NCBI GenBank assembly: GCA_964549495.1
Contig: CAZJWJ010000005.1
Location: 2,071-66,070 of the forward strand
Direction: 5' to 3'
DNA: 64,000 nucleotides
Source: an uncultured Anaerolineales bacterium
GTDB lineage: Bacteria > Chloroflexota > Anaerolineae > Epilineales > Epilineaceae
Below are positions 22,594 through 32,212 of this stretch, in pieces (within the stretch, counting starts at the first letter, position 1; each line of letters opens with the position of its first letter). Position numbers and translations under genes: made by a program. The notes under the pieces are model-generated. The model was not told the origin of the DNA and ran no database searches. It worked only from the letters and a program-made list of their open reading frames with translations.

Positions 22594-23637
22594 ATGCGAA
22601 GCGAGGAATTCGACTATCATCTGCCGCGCGAGCGCATCGCACAGCATCCCGCCGAACCGCGCGATCGCGCCCGGCTGATGGTGGTCGACCGCTCGAAGTC
22701 CGAGATCGAGCACCACCGATTCGATGCCCTGGGGGCGCTACTTCGTGCAGGGGATCTCCTGGTGGCCAACGACAGTCGCGTGCTGCCGGCGCGCATCCGG
22801 GGCTCGAAACTGCCCGGAGGGGGTGCGGTGGAAGCCTTGCTCCTGCGCGCGTCTCGGGACGAGCCCTCGATCTGGCGCTGCCTGGTGCGAGGGCGCGTCC
22901 GCCCCGGGAGCCGGCTGCGGTTCGAGTCCGGCACGGAATCGGTCGAGGCCGAGGTCCTCGAGCTGCTCGACGGTGGCCAGCGCAAATTGCGTTTCTCGCG
23001 GCCGGTATCCGACTGGTTGGAAGGGATCGGCGAGATGCCGCTGCCGCCATACATCCGGCATCTTCCGGAGGATCCGGAGCGCTACCAAACGGTCTACGCG
23101 CGCCGACCGGGATCGTCGGCCGCGCCCACCGCCGGCCTGCACTTCACGCCGGCCCTTCGCGAGGACCTGCGCCGCGCCGGTGTCGGTTGGGCCAGCGTCA
23201 CCTTGCATATCGGGCTGGACACCTTCAAGCCCATGGAAGCCGGCGACATCGAAGCCCATCGCATCCACCGTGAGTGGATCGAGCTGCCGGAGGCCACCGC
23301 GCGGGCCATCGCCGACGCGCGCGCGGCGGGCGGGCGGATCATCGCCGTCGGCACGACCAGCATGCGCGTGCTCGAGAGTGCCGCAGGTTGGGCGGAGTCG
23401 GCCGGCAGCAAGGCAGCGGTCGTCGCCGGCTCGGCGTGGACCGATCTCTACCTTCGTCCGGGCTCGCGATTCCATGTGGTGGATGCCTTGCTGACCAACT
23501 TCCACCTTCCGCGCTCGTCGCTGTTGGTCCTGGTGGCCGCCTTCGCCGGGAAGGACTTGATCGACCGGGCCTACCGCGAGGCCATCGAAGGGGAGTATCG
23601 CTTCTTCAGCTTCGGGGACGCCATGTTCATCCGCTGA
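22594..23637 (+). CDS. queA: S-adenosylmethionine:tRNA ribosyltransferase-isomerase
   Basis: Start at internal ATG 22594 (MRSEEFDYHLPRERIAQHPAEPRDRARLMVV…LVANDSRVLPARI). QueA-specific motifs; C-terminus FHLPRSSLLVLVAAF. The 5' part of ORF 21667..23637 overlaps rsgA antisense and is rejected. Confidence 0.9.
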   Translation: MRSEEFDYHLPRERIAQHPAEPRDRARLMVVDRSKSEIEHHRFDALGALLRAGDLLVANDSRVLPARIRGSKLPGGGAVEALLLRASRDEPSIWRCLVRGRVRPGSRLRFESGTESVEAEVLELLDGGQRKLRFSRPVSDWLEGIGEMPLPPYIRHLPEDPERYQTVYARRPGSSAAPTAGLHFTPALREDLRRAGVGWASVTLHIGLDTFKPMEAGDIEAHRIHREWIELPEATARAIADARAAGGRIIAVGTTSMRVLESAAGWAESAGSKAAVVAGSAWTDLYLRPGSRFHVVDALLTNFHLPRSSLLVLVAAFAGKDLIDRAYREAIEGEYRFFSFGDAMFIR

Positions 23638-25372
23638 AGCGGGCCAATGGATCGCCGGCATCATCCAGATCCACCCTTCGCAGCAGGGCGCGCGCGTCGA
23701 TCAGCAGCAGGATCAACAGGCCGGCCGCCAGACCGCCCAAGGCCAGGCACCATGGGCGCCGGGGATCGGCAGAAGGGTCGGTGGACACCCGGAAGCCGTC
23801 GATGGCCACCATACCGCCCGCGGCACCCACCTCCAGCTCGAGCTCGTGCAAGCCCGGTCCGAGCCCATCGGCCAGGCTCTCCCAACGCCAGCCATCCTGC
23901 CCTTGGAGGATCAGGGACTGGAAGTCACCGCCGCCGTCGATACGGTAGCGCAGGGTGCCGGCATCGGCGCCCCGGAGCAAGCGCAGCTCGATGGCCGTGC
24001 CCCGGAAGCTCATCCGGAGGCTGGCACCGGCGATGCTGGACTCGATGAAGCGATGGTCGATGGCGGTCTCGGGCTCCTCCAGGAAGACCCGGCCACAGTC
24101 CCGCGAGCGTGATGAAAGGCTCCCGTCCCAGCGCCAGGCCCAGTCGCTCGGTTGGTCCAGCCGCACCGGCGCGGAGCGTTCGGCCCATTCGCCGGGCGTT
24201 GCCACGCTGGGCTCGGCCGCCACGGCGCGCACGGCCTCGAACAGGCGACGGCGGTTGAAGCTCTCATCCAGCATCTGGAAGTGATAGACGGCATCGTCCG
24301 GCGACTTGCAGCAATGCCGGAAGTACCAGATGCTGAAGACTCCGGCCCAGGGCCAATGCTGCTGGGCATAGCGGATCCCGTCGACCGTCCACTCGGCTTG
24401 CTGTTCCTGGCTGACGCTCTGCCAGATCGAGAAGAGCCCCTCCGGCGAGGCGTTCCAGCCATACTCGTTGGCCCAGACGGCCTTGCAGCGATCGCCCTCG
24501 GCCTCCATGATCTCGCGCTGAAGCTCGATGCGCCGGAAGTTCAGCCGGTCCAGCGAGGGCTCGTCCTCGGGCGGTCGATCCAGGCCGAAGGCGTTGGCGC
24601 TCAGCACGTCGAAGTGCTCGGAGGCACCAGCCTCGTACATCCCGCGCAGATAGTCCAGGTCGCTCATGTTGCCGACCTGGTCGGGCCGTTCGTTGTTGAT
24701 GGCCAAGGGCGCGCTGAGGATGACCACGTCCGGATCCGCCTCGCGGGCCGCGCGGGTCGCGGCGGCCAGGAGCGTAACGTACTCCGCCGGATCGACCGGG
24801 TGTTGGGGGTTGAGGCCCCATTCGGTGATCAGATTCGGCTCGTTCCAGATCTGATAGAAGCGCACCCGCCCGCGAAAGTGCTCCACCGTTGCCCGAACGA
24901 ATTCGGCGTACTGCTCCGGCGAGGCCGGGGGGATGTTGTTGGGCGGACCGAGCTTCTCGCCGGGCGCCCAGGCTACCGGTGGCACCCAGGCCGCCGGGAA
25001 GTCCAGCCGCAGGATGACCTCCATGCCGTGCTCGACGTAGAGATCGACGATGCGATCGAACTTGGCCCAGTTGTACTCCCCCGGCTCGGGCTGGATCTCG
25101 TACCAGGGCATGTGCTGCTTGGCCCAGCGGATGCCGGCCAATCGCGCTTCCTCGACCGTCTTGCGCTGATCCCAGGCCTCCACCTCCTCGTGCAGGAAGA
25201 AGTTGGCGCCCCAGGGATCGACGTCGGTCAGGGGGATGCTGCGCGCCGCGCGCCGGCCACCCGGCCCGGCAGGGCCCACCGCGTTGGTGGCGACCCAAGC
25301 CAAGGCGGCCAGGCTGAGCAGCAAGAGGAGCAGGACCAGCTTGAGCCGGCGCAGTCGATGGGGGGGGACCAT
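23627..25372 (-). CDS. membrane-anchored glycoside hydrolase (GH5/GH39-like), paralogue of 2940..4943
   Basis: N-terminal TM/signal (LKLVLLLLLLSLAALAWVATNA). TIM-barrel glycosidase motif FYQIWNEPNLITEWG. C-terminal beta-sandwich. Its 3' end overlaps queA convergently by 11 nt. Confidence 0.6.
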   Translation of the reverse strand: MVPPHRLRRLKLVLLLLLLSLAALAWVATNAVGPAGPGGRRAARSIPLTDVDPWGANFFLHEEVEAWDQRKTVEEARLAGIRWAKQHMPWYEIQPEPGEYNWAKFDRIVDLYVEHGMEVILRLDFPAAWVPPVAWAPGEKLGPPNNIPPASPEQYAEFVRATVEHFRGRVRFYQIWNEPNLITEWGLNPQHPVDPAEYVTLLAAATRAAREADPDVVILSAPLAINNERPDQVGNMSDLDYLRGMYEAGASEHFDVLSANAFGLDRPPEDEPSLDRLNFRRIELQREIMEAEGDRCKAVWANEYGWNASPEGLFSIWQSVSQEQQAEWTVDGIRYAQQHWPWAGVFSIWYFRHCCKSPDDAVYHFQMLDESFNRRRLFEAVRAVAAEPSVATPGEWAERSAPVRLDQPSDWAWRWDGSLSSRSRDCGRVFLEEPETAIDHRFIESSIAGASLRMSFRGTAIELRLLRGADAGTLRYRIDGGGDFQSLILQGQDGWRWESLADGLGPGLHELELEVGAAGGMVAIDGFRVSTDPSADPRRPWCLALGGLAAGLLILLLIDARALLRRVDLDDAGDPLARFSG

Positions 25373-25391
25373 GGGTCGCTCAAGGATAGCA

Positions 25392-25425
25392 GAGGCGGCG
25401 TGGGGATGACTCCCCGCGCCGCCTC
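25392..25425 (-). terminator. GC-rich 15-bp hairpin between the large secreted-protein gene and the glycosidase gene
   Basis: gaggcggcgtggggaTGACtccccgcgccgcctc (one mismatch). No U-tract, which is common for high-GC terminators. Confidence 0.3.
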
Positions 25426-25492
25426 ATCGTGCGTCAACGTGGCCGGCCGGGCGGCGGGTCGCTGCCCGCCAGCCCGGCCGGCTAGGCCTCGA

Positions 25493-27706
25493 TCAGCGCA
25501 AGATGCCTCGCGCGTGTTCGAAGGGTCCGATCTCGCGGATCTTCTCGGCTTCGATCATCCCGGCCGGCTCGACCGACAGGAGACGCGGGTTCCGGCCGGA
25601 ATCGAGCCGCAAGCTACCGGCGCGCTGGGCAGCATCGCCCACACAGATCTGTAGCTCGACCGAGTCGAGCAGGTGGGCCGAGGCAGCTTCGGCGTCGTTG
25701 CGGCTCTCGAAGAGCAGCTGGCCGCCGGTCCAGCCTGCGCGAGCCGTGACCAAGGCGGTGACGTCGATGGGCTGACTGAGACGATACCAAGAGTTGGACT
25801 CGATCAGCTCCTCGGAGTATGCGCTACCCGGGATCCCGACCGCATCGCCTCCGGAGGCAGGTACCAGACCTGCCACGAACAAGTCATCCGCCACACCGTC
25901 CTTGACCTCTTCCGTGATGATGCCGAAGGCGAAGTCCAGGGTTGCGGAAACGATGTCCGATGCCTCCGGAAAGTCGAAGGCGGTGGAGATCAGCTGGTCG
26001 CGCACGTTCACCGCACGACCGCCGACCGCCAACCAGTCCCCTTCGTCGGCCACCAGCTGCAGGTCGGAGGCTCGGACGATCACACGCGAGAGGGTGTTGT
26101 TGGGCGGCTGGACGTTGGTCGCCAGCGACCAGCCGACCGAAGGACCGCGTTCGAAGTCCCCGTTCTCGATGACCTGCGTGCAACCCGGATCGAAGGGCGG
26201 ATCGTTGGTCGGGTCGGGCTGCGGTGTCGGGCTGGGCTCACCGGTCGGCCAAGGCGTCGGGCTGGCCGGCAGGGCCGTCGCGTTGGGCGGAACATCCTGG
26301 GTGATCTCGGCGATCTTGGACGCGGCCGGTTCCGCCGCGTCGTCGACGAAGACCTGCACCCGATACTCGTTGGCCCAGATCGGCACGTCGTTGCCCTGCT
26401 CGTCGACCGCGCGAATACATCGGGTGGCGTAGGGTCGCTGCTCCTGCCCGACCGTGATGAAGTCGTTGAGCGTACCCGACTGGATCGATTCGAAACGATT
26501 GCCGGACTTCTGCGCCCACTCCCAGCGCACGCGGGTCGCGTCCGGCCAACCAAACCAGTTCACCTGCGCGCAGAGGCGCATGGCGCCGTACTGGAACTGC
26601 TGCCCGATATTCTGCACCCGATCGGCCGGATCGATGGCGGTACCGAACCAGATGTCGACGTACTGCGAGGGCATCTGCGACGGATCGTCCTTGTCGGCAT
26701 TGGCCAGCAGCATCGGGAGGAAGGCGATCTTGGCCCGCTCCGTGGGCGTCGGCGTGATCGTCGGGGTGGGCGGCGTCACCGGCACCGTGGGCGGGGTCGT
26801 CGGCGAGACGGCCGACGTCGCGGTCGGCGGCGGCGCCTCGGTCAAAGCTTCCACGCGAACATTGTCGACGAAGCCACCGGCATAGTTGCCGCTGCCATTG
26901 CGATCGTTGAACCAGAACATGACCTCGATCGAGGCCTTGCTGCCGGCACCCGGGAACTGCAGCGGGTTCTGCAAGCCCAACCAGCGTCGCTGCTGATTGG
27001 CATTCGGATTGATGTAGAAGCAGTCCCCGACCTGGGTCGCGCCCGACTCGCGCCAGCAGACGTTGAAGGACTCGCTGCCCTGCGGGATGTCCAGCCAAAG
27101 CCGGAAGTCCACCTGCACGCCGAAGGGATAGGTCGTCGTGTCGATCCCGTCCAGATACAGTCGGGTGCTGGTGGGCTTGCCGATATTCTGCCCGCAGCTC
27201 AGGTTCTCCCCTTCACTGCCGCCGCCGGCCACCCAGGCCGCGGCTTGTCCGCCGACGTTGGCCTCGGTGTTGCAGATCTGACGACTCCAGGTGTTCACCG
27301 GATCCGGCTGGGTGGCGATGGTCAGCTGGTCGTCGACCTCCCAACCCTCCGGTGGAAACTGCGGATCCTCGAAGTCGAGCTCGTCGATCAGCTCGGCCTG
27401 ATTCGGAGCCATCGGCTGCAGACCACCGGCATCGAGATGGTCTGCCACTGCGACCAGCTCGACGGGCGCGGGACGGCTGCGCATCTCGAGGCCCGAGGCG
27501 AGGACCTGCTCGCCTCGGTCCGGGACGGGGCCATCGAAGGGACGCGCAGCTTCCACGCTGCCGAGAGCCACTACCAGGGCGAAGGCCGAGAGCAAGGCCG
27601 GCCACCATCCCCTGGCGCGGATCGACAGCCGATCTCGTCGACTCGAATTGCGAACGTTCATGGGTCTCCTCCCTAGGTGCGGGCGCAGCGAGGCGCAATG
27701 GCGCAT
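25493..27706 (-). CDS. large secreted protein with central Pro/Thr linker
   Basis: Signal peptide (WWPALLSAFALVVALGSVEA). 737 aa. Linker APPPTATSAVSPTTPPTVPVTPPTPTITPTPT and a second PT stretch. Beta-rich Gly/Asn/Trp composition. The antisense ORF 25673..27676 is a shadow. Confidence 0.45.
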   Translation of the reverse strand: MRHCASLRPHLGRRPMNVRNSSRRDRLSIRARGWWPALLSAFALVVALGSVEAARPFDGPVPDRGEQVLASGLEMRSRPAPVELVAVADHLDAGGLQPMAPNQAELIDELDFEDPQFPPEGWEVDDQLTIATQPDPVNTWSRQICNTEANVGGQAAAWVAGGGSEGENLSCGQNIGKPTSTRLYLDGIDTTTYPFGVQVDFRLWLDIPQGSESFNVCWRESGATQVGDCFYINPNANQQRRWLGLQNPLQFPGAGSKASIEVMFWFNDRNGSGNYAGGFVDNVRVEALTEAPPPTATSAVSPTTPPTVPVTPPTPTITPTPTERAKIAFLPMLLANADKDDPSQMPSQYVDIWFGTAIDPADRVQNIGQQFQYGAMRLCAQVNWFGWPDATRVRWEWAQKSGNRFESIQSGTLNDFITVGQEQRPYATRCIRAVDEQGNDVPIWANEYRVQVFVDDAAEPAASKIAEITQDVPPNATALPASPTPWPTGEPSPTPQPDPTNDPPFDPGCTQVIENGDFERGPSVGWSLATNVQPPNNTLSRVIVRASDLQLVADEGDWLAVGGRAVNVRDQLISTAFDFPEASDIVSATLDFAFGIITEEVKDGVADDLFVAGLVPASGGDAVGIPGSAYSEELIESNSWYRLSQPIDVTALVTARAGWTGGQLLFESRNDAEAASAHLLDSVELQICVGDAAQRAGSLRLDSGRNPRLLSVEPAGMIEAEKIREIGPFEHARGILR

Positions 27707-27771
27707 CCCCTGCAGTCTAGCATAGCCTCGAGGACCGAGGCCAGAGCTCCGGCGCCGGCCGAAGGGCGAGA

Positions 27772-29163
27772 TCAGGGCGCCCCGAGCAGGCTTTCGAAGA
27801 GCGGGGTCTGGTTGAGCAGGTAGACGCGATGGAGTCGTTGGCCGTCCACACCCAAGCCTCCGGCGATCCAGATCTCGCGCCCGGCGTTGCGCAGGTCGGC
27901 GCCCGCGCCCTGGCGCGGCGTCTGCAGCGGACCCGGGATCGGACGCCAGCCGGCCTCGCCGCCCAAATCGAGCGTCAGGGCGGCCGCTTCATCGCGGTCT
28001 TGGGTTCCGCCGACCAGGTAGATGCGACGCAGCACCGACACGCCCAGCGCGGCCTGACCGGCCCGGGCCGAGGGCAGCTCCTGACCTGTATCGTCGAGCC
28101 AAGCGGGGCTCGAACCCGGGCGGAAGATCCAGTGGTTCCGTTGCGGCCGGCCGCCTTCGTCCCGACCTCCGAGGACATGGACTTGCTCGTCGACCACCGC
28201 GGCGGCCAGCCCGGAGCGCGGGCGAGCCATCTCGTCCTCGATCTGCCAGGCATCCTCGCCCAAGCGCAGGGAGTAGACCCTGCGGCTGGCGCTGTCGGGG
28301 GAAGCTCCCGAGCGCCCGCCGAAGAGGTAGATCCGGCCGCGACCGGGCAGATGCGCCAGCGCGTAATCGCAGCGCGGCTCCGGCAGCGGCGGACCCTCGC
28401 TCCAACGACCGGACTCCGTATCGAAGAGCTCCACGGTGGTCAGCGCTCGGCCGCTGGCATCGCAGCCGCCCGGGACGACGATGAATCCCTGTACCGCGAC
28501 CGCCTGGATGTCGCGCACGGCCGTCGGCTTCTCGGCCAATTCGTCCCAGACCTGGACGATGCCGCGGGTGTAGCGCAGCGTGTCGGCCAAGACCCCGTCC
28601 TCGTCCTCGCCCCCGATGGCGTAGAGCCCGTCGGCGAAGACCAGCGCCAAGCCATCGCGCTCGCTGGGCAGATAGCCGGCCGGCGTCCAGGGCTGACCCG
28701 GCTGCGCCGTCGGTTCGGGAGCCGGCGTGGCGGTCGCCGAGCCGCGCAGGACCCGATCCCCGAAGGCCCATCCCATCGCGGCGATGACCAGCAGGAGCAG
28801 GAGCAGCAGGCCACCGAGCAGCCGCACCGTGCGCCGGGATTGCTGCCGGGCGCGCTCGAGCTCCTCGGCCAGGCGGCGCGCCGCCTGACGCTGGGCCTCC
28901 TGCTCCTCGGCGCGCGGCGAATCCTCATCGCTGTCCTCGACGGGGCCGAGGTGGATCAGCCCGTGCTCGAGTGCACGCCGCACCGCCTCGGTCCGGTTGC
29001 CCGTGCCGAGCTTGCCGTTGATGTTGGAGAGGTGCTTCTTGACGGTGGCCTCGGAGATCGACCGCTCGTGGGCGATCTCGCGATTCGTCGCGCCCGTGGC
29101 GACGAGCTCGAGGATGGCCAGCTCCGTCTCGCTCAGTGGCACCGGACTGGGACTGTCGGACAT
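27772..29163 (-). CDS. membrane-anchored LuxR-family HTH regulator fused to an extracytoplasmic Kelch-type beta-propeller
   Basis: N-terminal LuxR/GerE HTH (ETELAILELVATGATNREIAHERSISEATVKKHLSNINGKLG). One TM helix (LLGGLLLLLLLVIAAMGWAF). Then ~300 aa of Kelch-like repeats (YAIGGED… IVVPGG… YLFGG… HVLGGRDE… YLVGG… WIAGG). Confidence 0.6.
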   Translation of the reverse strand: MSDSPSPVPLSETELAILELVATGATNREIAHERSISEATVKKHLSNINGKLGTGNRTEAVRRALEHGLIHLGPVEDSDEDSPRAEEQEAQRQAARRLAEELERARQQSRRTVRLLGGLLLLLLLVIAAMGWAFGDRVLRGSATATPAPEPTAQPGQPWTPAGYLPSERDGLALVFADGLYAIGGEDEDGVLADTLRYTRGIVQVWDELAEKPTAVRDIQAVAVQGFIVVPGGCDASGRALTTVELFDTESGRWSEGPPLPEPRCDYALAHLPGRGRIYLFGGRSGASPDSASRRVYSLRLGEDAWQIEDEMARPRSGLAAAVVDEQVHVLGGRDEGGRPQRNHWIFRPGSSPAWLDDTGQELPSARAGQAALGVSVLRRIYLVGGTQDRDEAAALTLDLGGEAGWRPIPGPLQTPRQGAGADLRNAGREIWIAGGLGVDGQRLHRVYLLNQTPLFESLLGAP

Positions 29164-29254
29164 CGAGAGGCCTTGATGTGGATGGAAGACTCGGCTTCGA
29201 CGGACCCGCCGCGGACAGATCCCGAAAGGCAGCGAGACCGGGCGAGGCGCAAGC

Positions 29255-29300
29255 GCCGATTATACCACGTCCCATCCCGCCCTCCGCTGACCGAGCCCGG
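29255..29300 (-). promoter_or_regulatory. putative promoter of the LuxR-Kelch gene (-10 TATAAT on minus strand at 29259..29264)
   Basis: Minus-strand sequence GGTATAATCG lies ~95 nt upstream of the start codon. The -35 is weak. Confidence 0.35.
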
Positions 29301-29307
29301 ATCGCGC

Positions 29308-30381
29308 CTAGGGCGCGCCTCCATCCGAGGAGGCCACCAGGTCGAGCCGGCAAACGCAGCGCCGACAGGTCGGGTCCCGCGATGGATCGAAGGCCGCCTC
29401 GAAGGCCCGGGCCCGGGATCCGGCGAGGATCTCCAGCAGGCGCCCATCCCGCGGCCAACGGCCGACCGATCGGTGGAAGAAGCAGGGCCGGACCGTCCCG
29501 TCGGCCTCGATGACGGCGCTGACCAGCGGGGCGTTGCAGCGGCCCGCCTCCGGCAGCCGGCCCGCCTCCAGCGCCCTGAAATGCTCCACCAGACGCGCTC
29601 GGAGCTTGGCCGGGGTCTCGACGGTCGAACGGGCCAGCCGCGGATCGGCCTCGATCGCGGCGATCTGCTCGGCCAGGGCGTCGATCTGCGCGCCGACCGG
29701 CAGCAGCGCGTTCCGCCTCGTCGAGGACCATTCCTCGCCGCGCTGAAAGGCGGAGCTGTGCGCATCGACGGCCAGGAAGGAGACACGATCGATGCCCAGC
29801 TGCCCGGCCGCCTCCAGGGCATCGACCAGGCTGGTGCAGTTGCCGCGCTGGACCGTGTAGCGCGCCGTGATCGCCAGGCCCGGCGACAGCGAGCGGAGGG
29901 CCTCGAGGCCATCGGCGAGATGATCGAAAGCCCCGGCCTGGCCGCGGATTCGATCGTGGATGTGGGGAGGACCATCCAGCGAGATCACCAGATCGTCCAC
30001 GCGTCGCGCGATCTCCCCGGCCTCTTCGACCAAGCCCGGGCCGCTGGAGAGCAGGCTCAGCCCCACGCCCCGACGGTGCAGCGGATCGACGAGGGTCCAC
30101 AGATCGGGGTGGAGCAGCGCCTCGCCACCGGTCAGCACCAAGCGGCGCAGGCCGGCCGCCAGCCAGTCCTCGGCCTCGGCGGCCAGCGGCTCGGAGCGCA
30201 AGTGATTCCCGCTCCGGTCGCGCCAGATCCCGCACATGCGGCAGCGCCAACAGCAGCCGGAAAAGGGCGACATGAGCAGGATCGGCAGGCGGGGCAGGCC
30301 GGCCGGCCGTCGCGGCCTGCCGGACGGTACCTGCTCGAGTCGTCCATCCGAACGCGGTTGGGGACCGAGCCGGGTGCTCAT
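29308..30381 (-). CDS. radical SAM enzyme with C-terminal SPASM/twitch-like Cys cluster
   Basis: Start at internal ATG 30381 (MSTRLG…) overlapping the upstream stop as ATGA; an alternative ATG is at 30273. CxxxCxxC at GCCWRCRMCGIW. C-terminal auxiliary-cluster cysteines (CNAPLVSAVIEADGTVRPCFFH … DPTCRRCVC). The upstream ~310 codons of ORF 29308..31320 are a shadow of the neighbouring gene. Confidence 0.7.
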   Translation of the reverse strand: MSTRLGPQPRSDGRLEQVPSGRPRRPAGLPRLPILLMSPFSGCCWRCRMCGIWRDRSGNHLRSEPLAAEAEDWLAAGLRRLVLTGGEALLHPDLWTLVDPLHRRGVGLSLLSSGPGLVEEAGEIARRVDDLVISLDGPPHIHDRIRGQAGAFDHLADGLEALRSLSPGLAITARYTVQRGNCTSLVDALEAAGQLGIDRVSFLAVDAHSSAFQRGEEWSSTRRNALLPVGAQIDALAEQIAAIEADPRLARSTVETPAKLRARLVEHFRALEAGRLPEAGRCNAPLVSAVIEADGTVRPCFFHRSVGRWPRDGRLLEILAGSRARAFEAAFDPSRDPTCRRCVCRLDLVASSDGGAP

Positions 30382-31400
30382 GCGCCGGGGCCGGCCTCCG
30401 GCTCGGCCTCCGCGACGCGCCGGCCGACCAGCAAGGGCAAGTCGGCCGACTCGCGACCGCTCTGCAGGCGGCGCCGCAGCCGGTGAAAGCGCCAGGACCA
30501 TCCGCGGCGCGGTCCGGGTCGGGCCCAGCGCAGCGAGAAGGCCTCCGCCCACCGCGGCAGGTCCGACTCCAGCAGGTACTCCCGGCTGCCCAAGGCATCG
30601 GAGGCGAAGCCGTAGCGCGCTTCGAAGGCCGAGCGTCGCGCCTGGACCATGGCGCGTCCGGCCTCCGGCGAGCGGTAGACCGGCGAGTCCATGATGACCA
30701 GGCTGCCGCCGGTCGCCATCACGCGCAGCGCCTCGCGCAGGCTGGAGGCCGGCTCCGGCGCGTAGTGCAGGCTGGCGTTGAAGACCACCACGTCGGCTCG
30801 AGCCGCGACCAAGGGCAGCCGATCGAAGTCCGCCAGCAGACAGTCGAAGGGGGCCTCGCGGTCCGCCCCGAGGCGAGCCGCCACGCCCAGTCCGACCCGG
30901 GCGTGATCCGAGAGGTCGATGGCCAAGGGGCGATGCCCCTCGAAGGCCAGGCGACGGCTCAGCCAGCCGACGCCGGCGCCCAGATCGAGCACGCGCAATG
31001 ATACCGCGCCGGCGCGGGCGCGCAAGACATCCAGCAGGCAGTCGTAGCTGGCCGCGCGCTGCCACCACTCCCAGGCAAAGCGCATCTCCGCGCCAGGCCA
31101 GGGCAGGTCGCGCGCCCGCTCCACGCCGCCCTCGCCGCGCCCCTCGGCGATCCGGACCTGCTCGTACTCCTCGAGAAATCGCCGCTGGGCGACCGTCAGG
31201 TCGCGGAAGTCGACGGTGCCGGTGGACTCCGAACGAGACCAGCGCCGGCCGCAGCCAGGGCAGACCAGGCCATCGGCGGCCGCCGAGAGCGCCCCGAGCG
31301 GGCGGCGGCATTCGGGGCATGCCAGTTGCGGAAACCGAAAATCGTCGTCGCCGGATGCGGGCCTGGCGGGCCTGGGGCCAGCTTCGTCGATGGGGCTCAT
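30378..31400 (-). CDS. SAM-dependent methyltransferase with N-terminal Trm112-like zinc-ribbon
   Basis: Start at internal ATG (MSPIDEAG) overlapping the upstream stop (ATGA); exact coordinate ±1 nt. Zn-ribbon LACPECRRPLG … LVCPGCGRRW. Class I MTase motif I VLDLGAGVGWL and post-I AIDLSD. Confidence 0.7.
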   Translation of the reverse strand: MSPIDEAGPRPARPASGDDDFRFPQLACPECRRPLGALSAAADGLVCPGCGRRWSRSESTGTVDFRDLTVAQRRFLEEYEQVRIAEGRGEGGVERARDLPWPGAEMRFAWEWWQRAASYDCLLDVLRARAGAVSLRVLDLGAGVGWLSRRLAFEGHRPLAIDLSDHARVGLGVAARLGADREAPFDCLLADFDRLPLVAARADVVVFNASLHYAPEPASSLREALRVMATGGSLVIMDSPVYRSPEAGRAMVQARRSAFEARYGFASDALGSREYLLESDLPRWAEAFSLRWARPGPRRGWSWRFHRLRRRLQSGRESADLPLLVGRRVAEAEPEAGPGA

Positions 31401-32212
31401 GCGCTGCGCTCCAATTCGAGCAGGTAGTGATCCGATAGCCGCGCGGCCAGCGGCAGGCCGGCCAGCCGGCGCTCGACGACCAGGCGCCGCCGCAGTCGCT
31501 CCGGCCGGCGCTCGAGCGCTCCGGCCAAATCGGTCGGGGGCAGGAGCAAGCCCAGCGCCCGAAGCCCGCGCGGCGCGAAGCGCGGGCCGAAGGCGGCCCG
31601 AACGCGCTCGGGGCTCGGATAGCGCAGCCACAAGTCCCGCCCGCCTACCTTGGCGCGAATCGGCCTCGGACCGAGACGACGCCAGGCGCGGCGGTCGAGG
31701 CGGATTCCGAAGCCCAACAGCTCGAGCAGGCAGAAGGGGCCCATCACGACCAGAACGATCCGGGCACCGGGCCGCATGCGTTCGGCAAGCCGGCATCCCA
31801 GCGCCGGCAGATCGGCGATGCAGTTGATGACCCCGAAGTTGCTCAGCAGCCCGTCGAAGGGCCCGTCGAAGGCGGAGAGCTCGCCGAGCCGCTCGGCCGG
31901 GACGTGGTGGAAGCGCGGCCGCAGGGACTCGGGCATGCTGGCGCAGCGCGCCCGGGCCCGCTCCAGCATGGCCGACGAGGCGTCCAGGCCGACGACCCGG
32001 CATCCGCGGCTGGCCAGCCAATGCGCATCCACGCCGCTGCCACAGCCCAGATCCAGGATGCGATCACCGGCGGAGAAGCTAGCGGCCGAGCGGCGCCAGA
32101 CCTCGCCCCGCAAGGCCCGACCCAGTGCGCGCTCGGTGAAGCGCACGTCGTAGTCGGCCGCCAGGCCGTCGAAGGCGGCCGGCTCGATCCGCTGCTCAGG
32201 CTTCGGGGTCAT
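31397..32212 (-). CDS. class I SAM-dependent methyltransferase (Methyltransf_11/25-like)
   Basis: Start at MTPKPEQRIEP (ATG 32212). Motif I ILDLGCGSGVDAHWLA, motif II VVGLDAS, LLSNFGV. Confidence 0.75.
   Translation of the reverse strand: MTPKPEQRIEPAAFDGLAADYDVRFTERALGRALRGEVWRRSAASFSAGDRILDLGCGSGVDAHWLASRGCRVVGLDASSAMLERARARCASMPESLRPRFHHVPAERLGELSAFDGPFDGLLSNFGVINCIADLPALGCRLAERMRPGARIVLVVMGPFCLLELLGFGIRLDRRAWRRLGPRPIRAKVGGRDLWLRYPSPERVRAAFGPRFAPRGLRALGLLLPPTDLAGALERRPERLRRRLVVERRLAGLPLAARLSDHYLLELERSA

Noticed and set aside
29164-29307. Candidate precursor-peptide ORF between the rSAM gene and the LuxR-Kelch gene
   Set aside because: The only ATG-initiated frame there runs into the LuxR gene as part of shadow ORF 28925..30598 and is Ala/Pro/Arg-rich. 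No Gly/Cys-rich core-like peptide was seen.
25673-30486. Plus-strand ORFs 25673..27676 (667 aa) and 27829..30486 (885 aa)
   Set aside because: Antisense to the secreted-protein, LuxR-Kelch and rSAM genes. Arg/Gly-rich with no motifs.
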